Of a DNA stretch of 18,663 bases, positions 16,496 to 18,663 are shown piece by piece. Positions within the stretch are counted from its first letter, which is position 1, and each line of letters opens with the position of its first letter. The stretch is from a candidate division FCPU426 bacterium. GTDB taxonomy: Bacteria; Oederibacteriota; JAAXVQ01; JAUVAV01. Under the pieces are notes generated by a model. It was not told where the DNA came from and ran no database searches. It was given only the letters and a program-made list of their open reading frames with translations. Both the position numbers and the translations under genes were made by a program. The stretch covers positions 1-18,663 of the forward strand of contig DAOWGI010000042.1 of assembly GCA_030637655.1 (NCBI GenBank), written 5' to 3'.

Positions 16496-16586
16496 CGAAG
16501 AGTGTTAGCAGGGGACGTTGGTTAGTTGTCTAGTTGATATTTAGTTGACAAATGGACAACAAAGCAACGTCCCTGTAAGACTTTCG
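16496..16586. repeat. Long imperfect hairpin
   Basis: CGAAGAGTGTTAGCAGGGGACGTTGGTTAGTTGTCTAGTTG ... CAAATGGACAACAAAGCAACGTCCCTGTAAGACTTTCG. The arms are complementary apart from a few bulges and mismatches. Confidence 0.65.
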
Positions 16587-16675
16587 TGTTCAGCACAAAA
16601 ATGTGGGACAGGGTAAGTTTTTCAAAGGGGGAAGAATGCTTAAAACCTGCTTTTGTGCCTAAGTCCGACAGGCTC

Positions 16676-17290
16676 CTAGGTTTGAATCTGCTCCCGTCGG
16701 CTTTCGTAAAGCCAGAGCAACAGAAAAAAGAAGACATGCGACAAATTTGCACTGAGCAATTGAATATACTGTTTAAACGCGGGAAATAACAGCGCAACGA
16801 TCAAACAGTATCCGACCAGAAAGAGACGATTAAATAGCCAGAACCAACGGGGGTAACCCGTTTTTCTTTTTATCATCATGATCACAAAGAGAACAGACTC
16901 GATGATGGTCAGCACGAGTCCTATTAGGTAGAGGGGCGCCTTATACCGAAGAAAACTTTCGCCAAAAATTGAGCTGACCGCCAAATTGAGTTGTCCCGCG
17001 TGGATTTTCATATATTCCAGGAAACTAGTGGACCCTTGGATCAACGTTGAAATGGCAACCAGATATGACGCTACAATAAAAAAAGCCAATCCCATCTTAG
17101 GATAAGGTTTGGAGAAAATTTTATAGATCGCCCAATAACTGGCAATCAGAAGCGGAAAGAGTAAACTGCCAAAAAATCCTGAATGTAAACAGGGCAACGA
17201 ATTGTTCCTGATACCGTAGATGACCGCCCAATCGGCAAATGTGATTATCAGTGAAATAAGAAATCCCCCAAAAAAGAGACGTTTAAGCAT
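16676..17290 (-). CDS. Hypothetical multi-pass membrane protein (possibly DUF6796-like)
   Basis: About 6 hydrophobic segments. The 'KTGYPRW...FN' motif is reminiscent of DUF6796 (weak, from memory). Its start overlaps the upstream gene's end by 8 nt. Confidence 0.7.
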   Translation of the reverse strand: MLKRLFFGGFLISLIITFADWAVIYGIRNNSLPCLHSGFFGSLLFPLLIASYWAIYKIFSKPYPKMGLAFFIVASYLVAISTLIQGSTSFLEYMKIHAGQLNLAVSSIFGESFLRYKAPLYLIGLVLTIIESVLFVIMMIKRKTGYPRWFWLFNRLFLVGYCLIVALLFPAFKQYIQLLSANLSHVFFFLLLWLYESRREQIQT

Positions 17291-17831
17291 ATTTATTTTC
17301 CTTTCGCTTTAGTGTTCTTAAATAAGAGACAATCAATAATGCCCAAAAGACAACAATTCCCAGCCACTTTAAAAATGTAGTCCCTCTACTGATATAAAAG
17401 AGGAGGTCGGAAATTGCTGGATAGCTCCCAGCCAGCATAACAATCGTTGCATTTTCCAGATAATCTAAGGCGAGAATGAGGGAAAAAAGGCCGATAAATT
17501 TGATCCGGAGAAAAAGCAGTGAATGGCGATATTTCAAAACAAGGTTATACACGTAGTACAACGATAAATTCCAAATAATCGCCCATACACAATCTAGTAT
17601 GTAAAAAAATGCTGTGCCCTTGACGCCTAACTGACTCCACGCCCGGATCGTGACCAGGCACTCGGCTTTTGACAAAAAGATAAACAAATCGAGGGGTTTT
17701 CCTTCTGATATTTCAAAGATACTCATTATCTTTAGACAGCTGATGCCTAGAAAAATGAGCGAGATTATCATGATCGGTGATGCCAATATTCTATGATGAC
17801 GATCGATGTAGCGATTTAATTTTTGTTTCAT
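17283..17831 (-). CDS. Hypothetical membrane protein (about 4 TM; LG..G...D / D..EN / KW motif family)
   Basis: Hydrophobic segments with intramembrane polar motifs 'LGVKG....ILD', 'LDYLEN' and 'TFLKW'. Function unknown. Confidence 0.75.
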   Translation of the reverse strand: MKQKLNRYIDRHHRILASPIMIISLIFLGISCLKIMSIFEISEGKPLDLFIFLSKAECLVTIRAWSQLGVKGTAFFYILDCVWAIIWNLSLYYVYNLVLKYRHSLLFLRIKFIGLFSLILALDYLENATIVMLAGSYPAISDLLFYISRGTTFLKWLGIVVFWALLIVSYLRTLKRKENKYA

Positions 17832-17837
17832 ATATAA

Positions 17838-17866
17838 AAAATATTACATTTTATAATTTTAGTCAA
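17838..17866 (-). promoter_or_regulatory. Putative sigma70 promoter for the membrane-protein pair
   Basis: Minus strand TTGACT - 17 nt - TATTTT, then 6 nt before the ATG. The AT-rich context weakens the call. Confidence 0.4.
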
Positions 17867-18005
17867 GACAATTCACCGGCCGGGATCCACCGCCAAACCA
17901 TATAAATAAAATAAATTTCCGCTAATCTAGGCGCCTAACCATTAAAAAATCCGCGTGCGTGAACGAGATAACCCACTTCCGGATGTGGTTCATGAAATTG
18001 CTGTT

Positions 18006-18082
18006 TTGAGACCGATAGTCGGAGAGGTAGTAAACAAATATCTGGAATGTGGGGATTTGAGCAAAGGCTTTGCGCGGATAGT
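18006..18082 (+). pseudogene. Fragment of IS91-family transposase (zinc-binding domain N-terminus) cut by the IS3 element
   Basis: Translates LRPIVGEVVNKYLECGDLSKGFARI, matching the IS91/ISCR motif 'YL.CG.L..GFAR.'. Similarity ends at the IS3 left end. It is absent from the ORF track. Confidence 0.7.
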
Positions 18083-18149
18083 TGAACTTCCCCAGATTTA
18101 GTGGACACACCGAAGAAAGAAACTTAAAATAACTTATCGGAGGTGTGAA

Positions 18150-18446
18150 ATGGGAAAAATCATGAATAATTATACCAAAGAATTTAAGCAAGAGGCCGTA
18201 AAGTTGGTTGTTGAAAGAGGTCGACCAGCGATAGATGTAGCCAGGGAATTGGGTATCAAAGGAGGCACACTGTATAACTGGGTGGAAAAATTTAAAAGAC
18301 ATGGCCAAACAGCGTTTCCTGGCAAAGGATATTTGATGCCTCAGGATGAAAAGGTACGCCAGCTGGAGAAAGAGCTGAAAGAAGTAGCCATGGAGCGTGA
18401 TATATTAAAAAAAGCCATGGCCGTCTTTTCCAGACATCAGAAATGA
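18150..18446 (+). CDS. IS3-family transposase OrfA (HTH)
   Basis: GGAGGT RBS. 'YTKEFKQEAVKLV.......VARELGI...TLYNWV' and leucine zipper ending 'ERDILKKA..FS'. Confidence 0.92.
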   Translation: MGKIMNNYTKEFKQEAVKLVVERGRPAIDVARELGIKGGTLYNWVEKFKRHGQTAFPGKGYLMPQDEKVRQLEKELKEVAMERDILKKAMAVFSRHQK

Positions 18447-18663
18447 AGTGCCAATTCATTTCTGAGTATAAGTGGATCTATCCAGTGAAAATGATGTGTC
18501 GGGTGTTCAAATTAAGCCGGAGTGGTTATTATAGCTGGGAAAGGCGGCCTAAAAGCAGACGTTAAAAGGAAAATTAGCTGTTGGTGCAGCAAATCAAGCA
18601 GATACGCGTGAGCAATCCTAAAAAAGAGGTGTACGGCTCACCCAGAATGAAAGATGAGTTGAA
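18443..18663 (+). pseudogene. IS3-family OrfB with two in-frame stop codons
   Basis: The -1 frame reads MKCQFISEYKWIYPVKMMCRVFKLSRSGYYSWERRPKSRR*KEN*LLVQQIKQI...YGSPRM. Stops are TAA at 18563-18565 and TAG at 18575-18577. Confidence 0.85.

Larger units (their letters stand above)
18083..18663 (+). mobile_element. IS3-family insertion sequence (left part, runs off window)
   Basis: IRL-like TGAACTTCCCCAGATTTAGTGGACAC beginning with TG. orfA/orfB arrangement with an A7G slippery run at 18407-18414. Confidence 0.9.

Noticed and set aside
16440-16510. VIPDNIYEPFYDNIQRNPEEC as a RAYT C-terminal remnant
   Set aside because: Only the NP dipeptide and rough spacing match, and the upstream HUH and WQ motifs are absent.
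16522-16797. ORFs 16522-16797 (-) and 16586-16789 (+)
   Set aside because: They overlap the membrane gene and hairpin repeats and show no protein-like features.
17933-18087. Integron attC site (GCCTAAC ... GTTGAAC)
   Set aside because: The cores are not complementary beyond AAC/GTT, there is no internal hairpin, the span is too long, and the right core overlaps the IS3 end.
17922-18308. 128-aa minus-strand ORF
   Set aside because: It is antisense to IS3 orfA and crosses the IS boundary.
18563-18577. Stop-codon recoding as the explanation for the OrfB stops
   Set aside because: TAA, TAG and TGA all terminate conserved genes at the expected places elsewhere in the window.

Overview
Bacterial DNA from a diderm organism. 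The lineage is not determinable from the window. The PorV/FlgD-Ig gene content without Bacteroidota gld/por motor genes hints at a non-Bacteroidota, possibly candidate-phylum, host (inference only). Three blocks are present. (1) 1-9575 is a co-oriented envelope gene cluster: a 5'-truncated Ig-repeat surface protein ending in a T9SS-CTD/FlgD-Ig-like domain, a PorV/UPF0164-family beta-barrel fused to a FlgD-Ig domain, a 1046-aa exported TPR protein, exbB/tolQ, two exbD/tolR paralogues, a TonB-family protein, and an exported protein with a TonB-box-like motif, a FlgD-Ig domain and a degenerate OmpA-like domain. My lead hypothesis is a T9SS-related export or surface-display system energised by an ExbB-ExbD-ExbD-TonB motor rather than PorLM/GldLM. 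(2) 9622-14350 is an FMN riboswitch with terminator, then ribD, riboflavin synthase and ribBA, with no ribH and alaC in its place. (3) 14371-18663 holds an orphan HAMP-GAF histidine kinase, two small membrane-protein genes, an IS91-family transposase scrap and a decayed IS3-family element running off the window. Most larger intergenic gaps carry palindromic or MITE-like repeats, and GTAG...CTAC palindromes supply the stop codons of three genes. All family assignments come from motif recognition by eye; no searches were run.
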